NCBI GenBank assembly: GCA_946965045.2
Contig: OX337234.1
Location: forward strand, 2,108,001 to 2,172,000
Source of the DNA: Epithemia pelagica
Taxonomy: Eukaryota > Protista > Bacillariophyta
Reading direction: 5' to 3'
DNA: 64,000 bases
Position 1 is the first letter of the stretch; the number at the start of each line of letters is the position of its first letter. A model generated the notes under the pieces. That model saw only the letters and a program-made list of their open reading frames with translations. It ran no database searches and was not told the DNA's origin. Made by a program: the position numbers and the translations under genes. Shown here piece after piece: positions 41,260 through 53,055 of this stretch.

Positions 41260-44200
41260 GTGAGACCAATCTGGATAGCGCTGTAAGTTTAACCAACAAT
41301 ACATCAACAACTTTACCACAACATCCTTTTGTACAACTACTATCCATACATCCTTTCACAACAACAACTACCGATCAGGAATCAGAGAACAACGGCGACG
41401 CCTCGAGCAATGCCGAAAACACCATAACAACCGATCAGGAATCTGAGAACAACGGCAATGCCTCGAGCAACGCCACCACAAACAATACAGCCGAACAGGT
41501 TATCGAAAACAACGACAGCGCCTCGAGCGTAGTCGCAGCCGACTATACATCCACACCACCCACAACAACTCAACAACATCATACTACTATTCCAGGCACC
41601 CCAAACAACGATGACGCCACGAGCGATAACGGTGACGACTACCCAAGAAACGACATCGAATATCTTGACGTCGCAGAGAACAGCAACATCCAAGGAAACG
41701 AAACCCAATATAAAACAGATGACTTCATTGGACCAGAGACAGACGATATAAAACCACAAAATACCTTCAGAGTCTTTGGTTGCAATCCTAATGGATTCAA
41801 GACTTTGTTACACAGCGGAGGTACTTTCGCAGAGTACTGTGAAGAATTGAGTCGACTAGACGCTGACACATGGTGTTTCTATGAGACAAATCTTGATACA
41901 ACTCAGTCTCAAGTTCGAAATGCACTCCATACAACAATACAGCGACATACAGAGCACTCAAGAATATGTTACGGGAGTACCAATATTCCATCCCCACGTA
42001 ATACTCCATATAAACCAGGCGGGACCTTGATAGCGTCACAAGGCAAGTCCACTGGAAGAATCACAACTCAAGGCACTGACAGCATGGGCCGGTGGTCCTA
42101 CCAAGTCTTTTCATGTCGCGGCAACAAGACACTGACAATTATCTCAGCCTACCAAGTATGCCGTCAATCTTTATTGACTGTGGGAGAAGAAGACAACAAC
42201 AGAGTTCGATCATTTACAGCGTCGGCGCAACAATTGTCTATGCTACGTCAAGCAAATAGAGGAGCAAACCCAAGGGAAGCATTTATCTCGGATTTGACTG
42301 ACTTCATCAGACAATGCAGAGCTCGCAACTCTGAAATTTTGCTGGTAGGAGATTTCAACGAAGCCTTGTCAGACATAAACAACGGCATGACAAAACTTTG
42401 TTCTGAGCTTCAATTGCATGACTTGATGGGAGAACAACTTGGCTCCACCTCCTTTGCAACATTCGTAAACGGTTGTGAACGTATCGATTACGCTCTCTGC
42501 ACACCGCACGTTTCCACCGCAGTCACAAAAGCCTGCTATGAACCCTTCAAACACCGAGACATACCAAACGATCACCGGAATATGGTCATTGACTTCAACA
42601 TCGAGCGACTATTCGGGAATAGTACCCAACAACTTGGTCCGATTGCCAGCCGAGACTTCACGAGTAAAGACAGGAGCTCGAACAGAGTTTATATCGAACA
42701 GAAGTACAAGTTCTGCGTACAACATAACTTCGCTAGCAGACTCGACTCTCTCAAGGAAAATTGGAACCCGCGATTGGCCGAAAGACTGGACAGAGACTTC
42801 CAGAGAGCTGGAGAACACGCAAGTCGCAAGTGCGCTAAAAAACCACGCAGCATTCCTTTCGTGAAACAGCTGGCTAGCTTGAGAACTCGCAAAAACCTGC
42901 TTCTCAAACTGATTTCTGCTGCAAAATGGAACAAGTCATTCGACTCTGGAATTTTATACACAACACGAAACCAGTCAGTTGTGAACGTCCCAACAACATT
43001 AGAAGCATGCCAACAAGAATGTCGGATCGTCCAACGCCAAATCCGGGAAATGACTAAGGACGCAGTTCATCACCGGCACAACGCATTACAAGCAGAGCTT
43101 AACCAAGCCATTGCCTCTGGTAACAAACAACAATCAAAAGCGCTTAAACACCGAATGGCTGCAGAGCGTACCAAAGCCATGTATGCGAAATTGAGGCAAT
43201 GTAGAGGCAATTTGAAGACCGGAATTACTCGACTAGATGTCCCAGCTGATCCCACTACGACAGATTACACAGGGTGCACGGAATGGCTGACAATTGATAC
43301 TCCTGAAGAAATCGAGGATAGATTGTTGACAAGAAACAGACGACACTTTGGACAAGCCCATAACACCTTCCCCACGAAGCCACCCTTCTCCGAATGGTGT
43401 GACTGGGGAGCCTCAACACACACAGCTGAGCTTATACTTGAAGGTGACTGGCAAAGCGAAGAACTTGACGAAATGCAACAGTCGCTCATAGATCACATGA
43501 AGGCACGAGTGACTCTCGACGCGATTCCAGCTCCGATCACCAAAGAAGAGTGGATGAGCAAAATCAAAATATGGCCCGAATGAACAACTACCTCACCATC
43601 CGGTTTCCATTTAGGGCACAGCAAAGCACTAGTTGCCCCTCATGATCTTGATACGACAACCGAAGAAGGACAAGAAGTAGAAGCAAAACGAGAAGCTTTG
43701 ATCGAATGGCAAGTCGGCCTTATAAACTGTGCTCTCGTCAACAACTACTCCTACGAAAGATGGAAGCACATCGTCAATGTGATGATCCTAAAAGAGCCCA
43801 ACAATCTACGTATTCACCGTCTTCGTGTCATTCATCTCTACGAACAAGATTACAATCTTGTCCTAGCGATCAAATGGAGGCAACTCATCCAATTAGGCAC
43901 CAATCAACGGACATTGCACCCAATGCAATTTGGAGGAGTTCCAGGCCGTGATGCCGTCATTCCAACACTATGCGAAGAACTACAATACGAAATATCACGG
44001 GCCAGCAAACGCCCGTTGGTTCATCTCGACTACGACGCGACGGCGTGTTATGACCGCATTGTTCTTTCCTTCGGTAGTCTCGCTTCTAGAAGCTTCGGTC
44101 AACATCGCTCTATTGTGTTTGTCAACGCTAAAACACTAGAGGAAGCGAAATATTATCTCAAGACCAAACTCGGCGTATCAGAACGCCACTACCAACACTG

Positions 44201-47200
44201 TCAACTTTTTCCAATCTACGGGTCCGGGCAAGGAGCAGGAAACTCTCCAGCCATTTGGTGTGTCATCTCGACAATTCTCTTCGACACCTACGACGAAAAA
44301 GCAAACGGCAGCGTTTTTCATAGCCCCGATGGTTCTGTCTCAACTGCAATCCACATGATCGGATTCGTAGACGACACCAGTGGAAGCGTGAACGATTTTC
44401 TGCGAGACAGTCAAGCACCACCTGAGCACTATATCGAAAAAGCTCAAAGCGACGCTCAGCGATGGAACGATCTACTCAGTCTATCCGGCGGTGCTCTTAA
44501 TGTCGAGAAATGTTCCTATCACTTTCTCTATTATACGTTCAACGTCGACGGACTTGCAACCCTCCAACCCGACTCCTTCGGACCAAGGATTACCATCAAG
44601 TTCCACGACTCTGATCAGGCGACTCCCATTAAACAACTCTCTTCGTATCGCAGCCACAAAACATTGGGCGTGCAAAAATCGCCTTTCTGTACGGATAAAG
44701 GTCTGTTCCTTGCCCTTGCCAAGAAGAATCAAAAACATGCTTCAGTCATGGCTAGTAGTCCGTTTTCGAGAACCGACGCCTGGGCTTACTATCATGCAAT
44801 TTACTTACCGAGCATATGCTATCCACTTCCCTCTTCCACTCTGTCCGATGCACATTGTAATGCTTTACAAGTGCAATTCAAAAAAGCCTTTTTACCCAAA
44901 TACGGCTTCAATCGACATATGCCAAATGCCATTGTCTACGGACCCAGTGATCTTGGAGGCCTTGGACTTCGTACACTTTCTGTCGAAAGGGGAATCTCCC
45001 AGACCTATCTTCTACTGGCATGTCTTCGCTCTCCTGGCGTCCCTGCCAAGCTAGCCAATATCGCCATCTCTTGGGCACAGTTTCTTGCTGGTACTAGCGT
45101 GTCTGTTTTCGAGGACGTTTCAACTCCGATACCATATCTTGCACCGATGAAATGGATCCCCCAAGTACGACAGTTCCTTCACTCAACAAACTGCCACATC
45201 GAACTCGAAGCTACGTTCCTCCCCAAACTTCAACGAGAGAATGACCGATTCCTGATGGATCTTGTACTCGAGTCAATGACTCTTACCCCGATGGAACTCC
45301 AGATGCTGAACGCTTGTCGCATGTACCTGGGTGTCACCTTACTCAGTGATATAGTTACTCCTGATGGCAAGAAACTGTCACTATTCACCACAGAATATCG
45401 TCACGATAACTTTTCAACCCATCACGGCTTGATTCCGTATCAAACAAAGCCCAGCTCTCGAGCGTGGAATCAATGGCACAAATTGCTGGAACTTCTTCGA
45501 CAACCAAGCTCTCCATTTCTTCTAGCGACTCCCCTTGGTCGATGGCTCGTTCCAGGCCATGAAACATACCGCCATTGGAAATACTTGGTGGACTGCCCCA
45601 GCTGCACACTTTACGTCTCTGAACAGGACGGGTACCGCCATTACTGGTATCAACATCCGTTATTTCTTCCTACGTCTCAAATGTCGCCGAAACCTCCCCC
45701 CACTGCTGTTCCCGCTCATGTGATTCAAAATGGCCCTGGATTCTTCTTGTCACCATGCTGCCCACAGCAATTGCCTCCCACACCATCTTCTCCGAACTCA
45801 TTTCTTGAGTACACAGCTAGTCTTGCCAGATGGGACCAACAGCTTCTCTCCCAACTTGACTTTCTTTGTCCGACTGCTGCGATACATCATGTTTTCCAAA
45901 CAACAAACCGCCTTCTCTTCTGTAGTGACGGCTCAGCTGCTCTTTTCACCGGCAAGTTTGGCTCCATTTGCAGCACTCCTCATGGTCAACGCCTGTTCCA
46001 TCTTCGCGGTCCGGCTCCCGGGTACAGAACCTCGTCTTTTCGCTCTGAGAGTTATGGTATGCTTGCGATTCTACGAAGCATTTTTCACATCACAAAGTTT
46101 CTCGGTCTCCACCTCCAGTCCCAACTTCTTCTTTATACAGACTCGAAAAGTCTAATTCAAACTGTCGAGAAACGTCTCGAATGGGCATACGATTTCCCAT
46201 ACTCGACTATGGAAGCAGATTGGGATATCCAACAATCCATCACGTACACCCTCCGCCAATTTCCTGTGATTCCACAGTTTTTTCATGTACGTGGACACCA
46301 AGACAGAACCAGATCTTATGAGACACTCCCACTCCCAGCCCAACTTAATGTCGATGCAGACCGTCTTGCTGAAGATTACGAGTACCCAGCTTCAATCTCA
46401 TCCACACATGCTCCTCTCATTTCAGGCAGCCACGCCATGCTCCACACACCACTCGGTACTGTTCACTCAAACTACCGTGGTACCCTACGGTATCTTGCTA
46501 CATGGACCACTCTTCGTGATTACCTTACAAACAAGTACGACTGGCCTCTCTCGGTGTATGACTCAATCGATTGGCCTGCCCATGGCCGCGTCATCAAAGC
46601 CTCTTTCGCCCGGCGCCATTTTTTGATAAAACTCATCCATGACTGGCTTCCCCTTGGATACCTGCGCTCACGTTATGCAGTTTTTTACTCGGAAACGTGT
46701 CCTCTTTGCACTCCACCTGTTGTTGAGACTCGAACGCACTTTCTCCGCTGTCCTCACCGTCAATGGAAAGGTTCTATGATTACCGAACTACAACAATTTT
46801 GGCGACATCAGCACCTTGATCCTAACTTGTCCTTGATTCTGACCGAAATGATCCATTCTTGGCTTGCAAATCTTCCACCTGTGTTCCCTACTTTTCCCGA
46901 TCTTTATCGCACCCTTATCACTAACCAACGACTTATTGGCTTTGAGCAACTTTTCCTCGGACGCTTCTCACGGTTGTGGAGTCGACTTCAAGATTCATAT
47001 CTTTCTCAACGGAACCTTGCTAAACGCTCGATCTCTGGCACACACTTTGTCACAGGCTCAATAAAAATCATGTGGAAACATATTCACACTCTTTGGATAA
47101 CTCGGAACCAAGACGTCCATGGCAATACACCACCTACTATTGAAGCAGCTGCCTACGCTCAAGCTCAACGCGAAGTCTGCGCTCTTTATGATCTACAACA

Positions 47201-47339
47201 TCAAGTTCCCGTGGCTTATCGTGATATTTTCTACTCTTCTACCGATGCCCACTTCGAAGCGGAAACTTCCTCGTTTCTGCTTCGCTCCTGGATTAACACC
47301 TGGCGTCCTGTTATCAGCAGGACTGTTTCACTCTCCTAA
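41256..47339 (+). pseudogene. Non-LTR ORF2 (APE endonuclease, RT, RNase H, C-terminal Cys/His motif) broken by one in-frame TGA at 43581-43583
   Basis: APE: GCNPNG, FYETN, GDFNE, RIDY, DHR. RT: DYDATACYDRI, GSGQG...SP, GFVDD. RNase H: CSDGS, RSESYG, YTDS, HVRGHQD, NVDADRLA. Also CPLC...E...HFLRC. ORFs 41256-43583 and 43698-47339 share a frame with no other stop between them. Confidence 0.93.
41367..41528 (+). repeat. 60-bp-period coding tandem repeat in the ORF2 N-terminus
   Basis: TTDQESENNG(D/N)ASSNA twice, plus a degenerate third copy (TAEQVIENNDSASS). Confidence 0.85.
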
Positions 47340-47385
47340 CCGACCTCTCCATGTTTCTCCCCCCTGTCATACCTTGTCCCGTTCT

Positions 47386-47486
47386 TTAGTCCTCGCTTCA
47401 CATTTTGTGTGGAGCCAGGCGCGTCGGTCGACGCTACCCTAGCGGGTGCGCGCGGCAGCGTTAAAATAGATTGTACCTTTTTTTTT
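47386..47486 (-). repeat. Right inverted terminal module (3' end of the element, ending in T9 on the sense strand)
   Basis: Read on the minus strand: A9-GGTACAATCTATTTTAACGCTGCC...CCTGGC, then hairpin CACA-CAAAA-TGTG, then GCGAGGACTAA. It has 5 mismatches over 73 bp versus the left module. Confidence 0.92.
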
Positions 47487-47825
47487 GTGGTTGTGGGGAA
47501 TTGCCCCGCCCCCCGCCCCCTAAAACTAAAACAGCAGCACACTTTTTTACGCACACTGCCGACTTCACTGATGTCATCTTGTCAGCCACGTGTTTCTCCA
47601 AACTCGGGATTCTCCATGAATGCACTTGAATGCATGCGGACGAAGAGTTCACTTCACCGCAGTCGAACAGAACTAAAAACTTTTGAGCGAGAGAGCTCGT
47701 ATGACTTGGTTGTCTCTCCACCACCACGAACTAAGAAAGGAATAATCTACAGAGTCGGACACAAGAAACGAAAGAACGAGCTGTCGGCTCAATCTGTTAT
47801 TGACTCATTTATAAACTACAACAAC

Positions 47826-49034
47826 ATGAGGAGAGCTCTTTTCGTTGCCTTGTTGGTACAGGCGTTGTCCTGCGGTCTCCATGTTGATGGGTTTACATCC
47901 GCCCCAGGAGCTTTTATGAGAAGGCCAAGGGATGTTTCTCCCATCAAACCACAATTGTTGAACACACGGTCACGAGTTTTGGGAAGTAAGGTGGATGCCA
48001 TTGAAACACAATCTGAAGACCGGGTAATTTCGAATGCCGACGAATCGGGACAAGGCATGAAGCCCCCCTTTACTGTTACAATTGAGGGTGACAACCAAAC
48101 TTATGGAAAGGCTGTCAAAAGAACCCTGGCATGGATTGGTGCAGCCTCTGTTTTTGGTGGTGGATTGTGGGCCTTGTACGGCCCGGAGGTGGGACAAGAA
48201 TTTTTTGCCGGCTACCTTGTCGAACAAAGCCTTTCCGTCGACAATTTATTTGTATTTTTGTTGCTCTTTGAATACTTCCGAGTCCCTCAAAAATATCAAG
48301 ACCGCGTGTTGAATTGGGGCATCTTTGGGGCAGTTGTCATGCGGGCTATCATGATTGGGATTGGATCAGCTGCCTTGGCAAACTTTCATGAGGTACTCTT
48401 GGTATTTGCCGCCATTCTGCTGTTTAGTTCGTTCGCATTCTTTCTGGGAGACAATGATGAGGAAGACGAAGACTTCAGCGAAAATACAATTGTTCGATTT
48501 TCCAAAAGTCTGATACCGTCAACGGAAAAGTTTGACGGTGACCGATTCTTCACCCTGATGGATGGTGTACGGAAAGCAACACCATTGTTAATATGCACTA
48601 TTGCGGTGGAAATCAGTGACGTCGTATTTGCAGTGGATAGCATTCCTGCTGTGTTTGGGGTAACAGAGGTAAGGGTTCATTCGAAAGGCGAAAAACTTTG
48701 TTGGTAGATCATGAGAAAACTCAGCTGTCCTTTGTCTTGTCCGTTCCAGAATCCCTTGATTGTGTTCTCGTCGAACATGTTTGCAATTATGGGTTTGAGA
48801 AGTATGTATACAATACTTTCCAAGGCAGCATCGGAGCTCAAGTACCTTGAGCCAGCCGTAGCTGTTGTTCTCGGGTTTATTGGGAGCAAGATGATTGCCG
48901 AATATTTCGACTTTCGAGTGCCGACCGAGGTTGCTCTAGTCGTTGTTGCGTCGATGCTCGGAACAGGCATCGCTGCATCTCTGATAGACAAGCAAGACAC
49001 AGAGGAAGAAGGGCAGAATGGAGCCTCTTCGTGA
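47826..49034 (+). CDS. TERC: TerC family integral membrane protein, probably plastid/thylakoid (exons 47826-48668, 48750-49034)
   Basis: GYLVEQSLSVDNLFVF, QDRVLNWGIFGAVVMR, SDVVFAVDSIPAVFGVT|NPLIVFSSNMFAIMGLRSMY; phase-0 GT-AG intron; signal peptide with a VDG-FTS junction. Confidence 0.92.
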
Positions 49035-49290
49035 TATCTCTAAGTTGGTTTTGTTTGATTTATATCTTGTCAACCTGATGCAAAAATACAGGAGCACAGG
49101 TGCTAAGTAGACTGCGCATAAATAGTTATTATGTATGAAAGAACGAATGTTTGCAATCCAGGGCCCGGTATCATTTAGATGGCACAGTCAATTGCAACCA
49201 TTCACATTCTCCAAAAAATGTGGACAGAGGAGGAGGGGACAGGACACTGTTCCAATTGAATATTAGCAATACCAAGCATCCGAGATGTAC

Positions 49291-49926
49291 TCAGAGAATG
49301 ACACAAATACAGCCTTGACTCGCCTGTACTTGGTTCGCCGCACTATCAGAGGATTGGCCTGATCGACCAGCTCCCCTGCCGCTTCCTCCATTCGTGCTGT
49401 CCTTCTTTTTCAGTGTTTTCTCTTCGTCGGCATTTTGTTTCGCTGGCCGTATCGAAACATTGATAGGTGTTGGGTGGGTCTTGAATACAGGAATTTCACA
49501 TTCTCCTAAAGTCCTGGTGTCAGGCATTAGATATCCTTTTCCCATACACACCAAACGAATCTGATCCCCATCGGTGCACGGCGGTAAGTCCTCCGGCCAA
49601 ACCGACATGAGAGAGGCTTTCACTTCACCAACAGTGTCGCTAGGATTGCATTCAATCGTGACCGTAAGCCCGTCTCGGTTGGCGAATAAGAAACGTAGAG
49701 TTATCTTATCCGGATCAAATCTGTACGGTGGGCGTGTTTTCTTGCTGGAAGATACTATTGGGCCTCCCTCTGCTGCTGCATTGGTTTTGTCCGCTGCGGA
49801 GGTCGACTCTTCGCTTACGGCCGTCGCCGTTTCCGTGTCTTTGTTCTCCGCTTTTGGAGTGACCGGTTCCTCAGTCACAGACTCTTCTATTATCTCGGGT
49901 GAGCTTTCATTGATTGTATCGGTCAT
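49291..49926 (-). CDS. Membrane-anchored ubiquitin-fold protein (UBL3/MUB-like)
   Basis: LRFLFAN..., TV.EVK..L...WP, IRLVCMGKGYL and an L.EC ubiquitin-like core; C-terminal CAAX box C-ICVIL. Confidence 0.85.
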   Translation of the reverse strand: MTDTINESSPEIIEESVTEEPVTPKAENKDTETATAVSEESTSAADKTNAAAEGGPIVSSSKKTRPPYRFDPDKITLRFLFANRDGLTVTIECNPSDTVGEVKASLMSVWPEDLPPCTDGDQIRLVCMGKGYLMPDTRTLGECEIPVFKTHPTPINVSIRPAKQNADEEKTLKKKDSTNGGSGRGAGRSGQSSDSAANQVQASQGCICVIL

Positions 49927-50673
49927 TTTTCAAATACACGACTTGGTCAGAAAATATTCAAAACTTCCAGAACCAAGTGCCAAATTGTAACAGATCCAAT
50001 AGCTGACTTTGGACACTTCACAAAGGACCTTGCGGTGATACACTCTCAAGTGTTTTCGCTAATGGCTCTTCGGATCACCGAGTTAGCTTTGAGAGTTGCT
50101 GAACCACCCTTGATAAACAGACGGCAATGGAAACAACTCGTTGGAAGCCGTTCCCTGTCCATGAGAGAAGACAAAGGAAGAGGTGAGGAGAAAATGGACT
50201 TCCCGAATGGGCTTGACCTTTGAGGGACGCTGGGAAGTAGTACGAACACGAGAAGATGACTGCCAATAGACCTACAACCTACACACTCTATCTCTATCTG
50301 GTTCCATTCTTTGGAATGCTCGATGCTCGATCGCGCAATCGAAAAACTATTGAACTCTATCCGATGCGAGAACGACATGTGATGATGTGGACATCGACAA
50401 GATCTTTTCCTTGCGGTTTGAAAAAGTTGTGGACTTAGATCGGCCACATTGATTGTTTCATCGCTCATCAGGAGGACTTCCTGAAACATTCACGAATAGC
50501 TAAATAAGGCCATCGTCCAAATGCCGAAACTAGAGTCAACAAAGGTAGCTACTTAGACGTCCAAACACGACGCCAACTTCATCCTGAGAATTAACTCTTT
50601 CTGAGCCATGAGTTCTCTAAGTGAGATGCTCGCTCGTCCATTGAATCATCGAGATTGAAACAAGACACCCTCC

Positions 50674-51278
50674 CTACGACTGCGGTTTGACAATCGCCTT
50701 TTTTATGGCTGCTTCAATGGCCTCTGGATTTGCGCCATTCACTACATCAACTTTCTCGTTATTTACCCAGAAATGAAATGATGGGACACTGCGCACACCC
50801 TCACGCTTCATAAGTTTACTGGTTTCGTTGCATCACGGCGTGATGTCAAAAGTGAGATGGATGTGAAGAGAAAAAGAGCGGAAGATTGAGTAACATGCAG
50901 AGCTCCCAGATCTGAGCAACAATCGGCTCACTTCTCTTACCTTGCATCCGCTGATGCATCTCCAACAACTGACAGGAACACGGCATCTGAGGCGTACTTG
51001 TCGGAGAATTCCGCAAACTTGGGAGCAATCACCTTGCATGGTCCGCACCACGTAGTGCTGTAGTCAACTACGACAAGCTTGTCCCCAGCACTCTTGACCT
51101 CGTTATCGAACGCTCCTTCGCTTCCAATATCCTTGACGGCCATTCTCAAAACAGTTTCCGACGGGACCGACAAATGCCGAGCATCTTGTGACGACCAACG
51201 AGGGGCAAAGGCAGCTGCCAAAGGGGATCCAACGACTAGGAAAAGGAAAGTTACCACCAGCGAGGTCAAATTATACAT
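50674..51278 (-). CDS. Plastid-targeted thioredoxin (probably f-type); exons 51278-50941, 50818-50674
   Basis: WCGPC active site; signal peptide with AAA-FAP; a phase-2 GT-AG intron restores [18 protein letters not shown]...NGAN and the stop at 50674. Confidence 0.92.
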
Positions 51279-51640
51279 GGTAATTGTTAATTGATCAAGA
51301 ATGGAACGGAGAAAGTAAGAGTATTGTCTCAAGTCTCAAAAGCTCTCCTTTGATGTTGGCAACCCAACAGGCAAGACAACCTATGTCATCGATGTAATTC
51401 AATAATCCGATCTTCTGGTTACTTGACGTTTCTCCCAGAATCTCTACCGTGACTGATAGGTAGTTGAGATGTTCATTGACTTGACTTTACAGTTTTCCAC
51501 AACCCAGCGCCTCAAGAACTCTGAATGAAGATTGAACGTTTTTGATCCTCAACTCTATCGTAGAAGTCGTAGAAGACATACCGGACGCGTGCCTCCCATT
51601 CGACTGCTCGAACGACACACGACGACAGGAGAAGCGCACA

Positions 51641-52516
51641 ATGGTACGAGGCCCAAGAAGCCAGTCCCCTAATCCCAGCGGACATCGCTCAAGTCATAAC
51701 AACAATGGGACGGCTGGTGGAGGCGGAGATTCTGCCGCCGCCAACGCTCCTACCACAGATCAACAAAATTCAACTTCTATCGCTTCGGTTCCCCTCTCGA
51801 ACAATAACAGCTCATGGTTGAAACAACAACCAGAGCACAAACGACGCAGATACTTCAAAGTGGACGTCCCAATAATACCAGATGACTTGTATCATGCCGT
51901 ATCGTCCAAGATTCGCCAAGAGCGATCTAGTCGCTTTGCGCAACAGGAGCAAAAAATCAAGCACCTTCGGTCGAAACTCAGCGAACAAAAGACAAAAGCC
52001 GAAAACGCTCGTCAGTGGCTGAGTGACCTTGAGAAAAAGAAAGACGAGAAACTAAAAGAGATACGATCTTCGACCGAAGAGGAACAAAAAGCAAAGTTTG
52101 CAGAAATGGAGCAACGTCTCAAAGATGAGCACTCCGCCGAACTTGAAAAGCTTGAAGTACAATGGAAGAAAGAACTTGAAGAAGAATGTAAAGCTGCTAG
52201 CGAGAAACAATCGGCTGAGCGCTGGAAAAAGATTGAGGAGGAAGAGGCAAGACGACAAGAGGAAGAGGAGGCCGCTGTGGCTTCCAAGATTGAATCAGCT
52301 GGAAATGTTGATGCCGGAAGTGATGGAAAGGAACATACCAGAAAGCGCAGGGCTATGGAGAAGGAAATTGATGATCTGAAGCATAAAGTGGAGAAAGCGA
52401 ATGAGAATCGCACAGAGATTATCTGGCTGCTGAAACAAATTATCAAAGCAGAAGAAAAGCAAAAGACAGAATTTGAAAACGCTAAAGCAAAGATCGTGGG
52501 CTCGAAGCAGGCTTGA
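51641..52516 (+). CDS. Hypothetical coiled-coil protein
   Basis: ORF from ATG 51641 with a long E/K-rich helical region; no family motif recognised. Confidence 0.65.
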   Translation: MVRGPRSQSPNPSGHRSSHNNNGTAGGGGDSAAANAPTTDQQNSTSIASVPLSNNNSSWLKQQPEHKRRRYFKVDVPIIPDDLYHAVSSKIRQERSSRFAQQEQKIKHLRSKLSEQKTKAENARQWLSDLEKKKDEKLKEIRSSTEEEQKAKFAEMEQRLKDEHSAELEKLEVQWKKELEEECKAASEKQSAERWKKIEEEEARRQEEEEAAVASKIESAGNVDAGSDGKEHTRKRRAMEKEIDDLKHKVEKANENRTEIIWLLKQIIKAEEKQKTEFENAKAKIVGSKQA

Positions 52517-53055
52517 CGTCCACTACTTCAGGAGATGATGGATTGCCTGGAGCAATTTCTATTGGGTATGAAAAATCATCTCATTCTTGCGGTCAATGTA
52601 ACAAGGGCGGCGTGCTGTGATCTACAATCTCAAGAAGCGTTAGGGTGGCGGAGGTCCATCACCTTGACTCCATTTCCGAATGAAGCTGTGAAGAAGCATG
52701 GCTCTGCTGCTCTTTGAAGATTCGTTTTATTGTAGACATCAAACTCTTATCGTCTTGAACCTAAAATTGATTTCCAACTCCCAACATCATAACACAATGA
52801 GAAGGTTAGTAGAGCCAAAAGAAATAACTTCACTATAACGTGCGACCACGCAAGATTCCCTCCAACTGCCCCATTCCAACACCAAACCGGTTTGCGACGC
52901 CAGACGTGCTGTGTCTGTGTGACTGTGACGACACATCTGGAAGTTCGCGGACCCTCGTTCAGCGTGAAGTAGGCAAAGAGAAAAAGATATCCTACCATTC
53001 GACGTCTACATTCTATTCAACTGAAGATTGGTCTGATTGGGCAACTTTTCATGGA

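Larger units (their letters stand above)
38902..47502 (+). mobile_element. Ambal-like non-LTR retrotransposon (ORF1 + APE-RT-RNase H ORF2) with inverted terminal modules
   Basis: Two long ORFs with an ATGA overlap and APE, RT, RNase H and Cys/His domains. The boundaries are set by a 73-bp inverted repeat (38902-38974 / 47414-47486) and a 17-bp direct repeat (39066-39082 / 47486-47502); the true 5' end is either 38902 or 39083. Confidence 0.9.
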
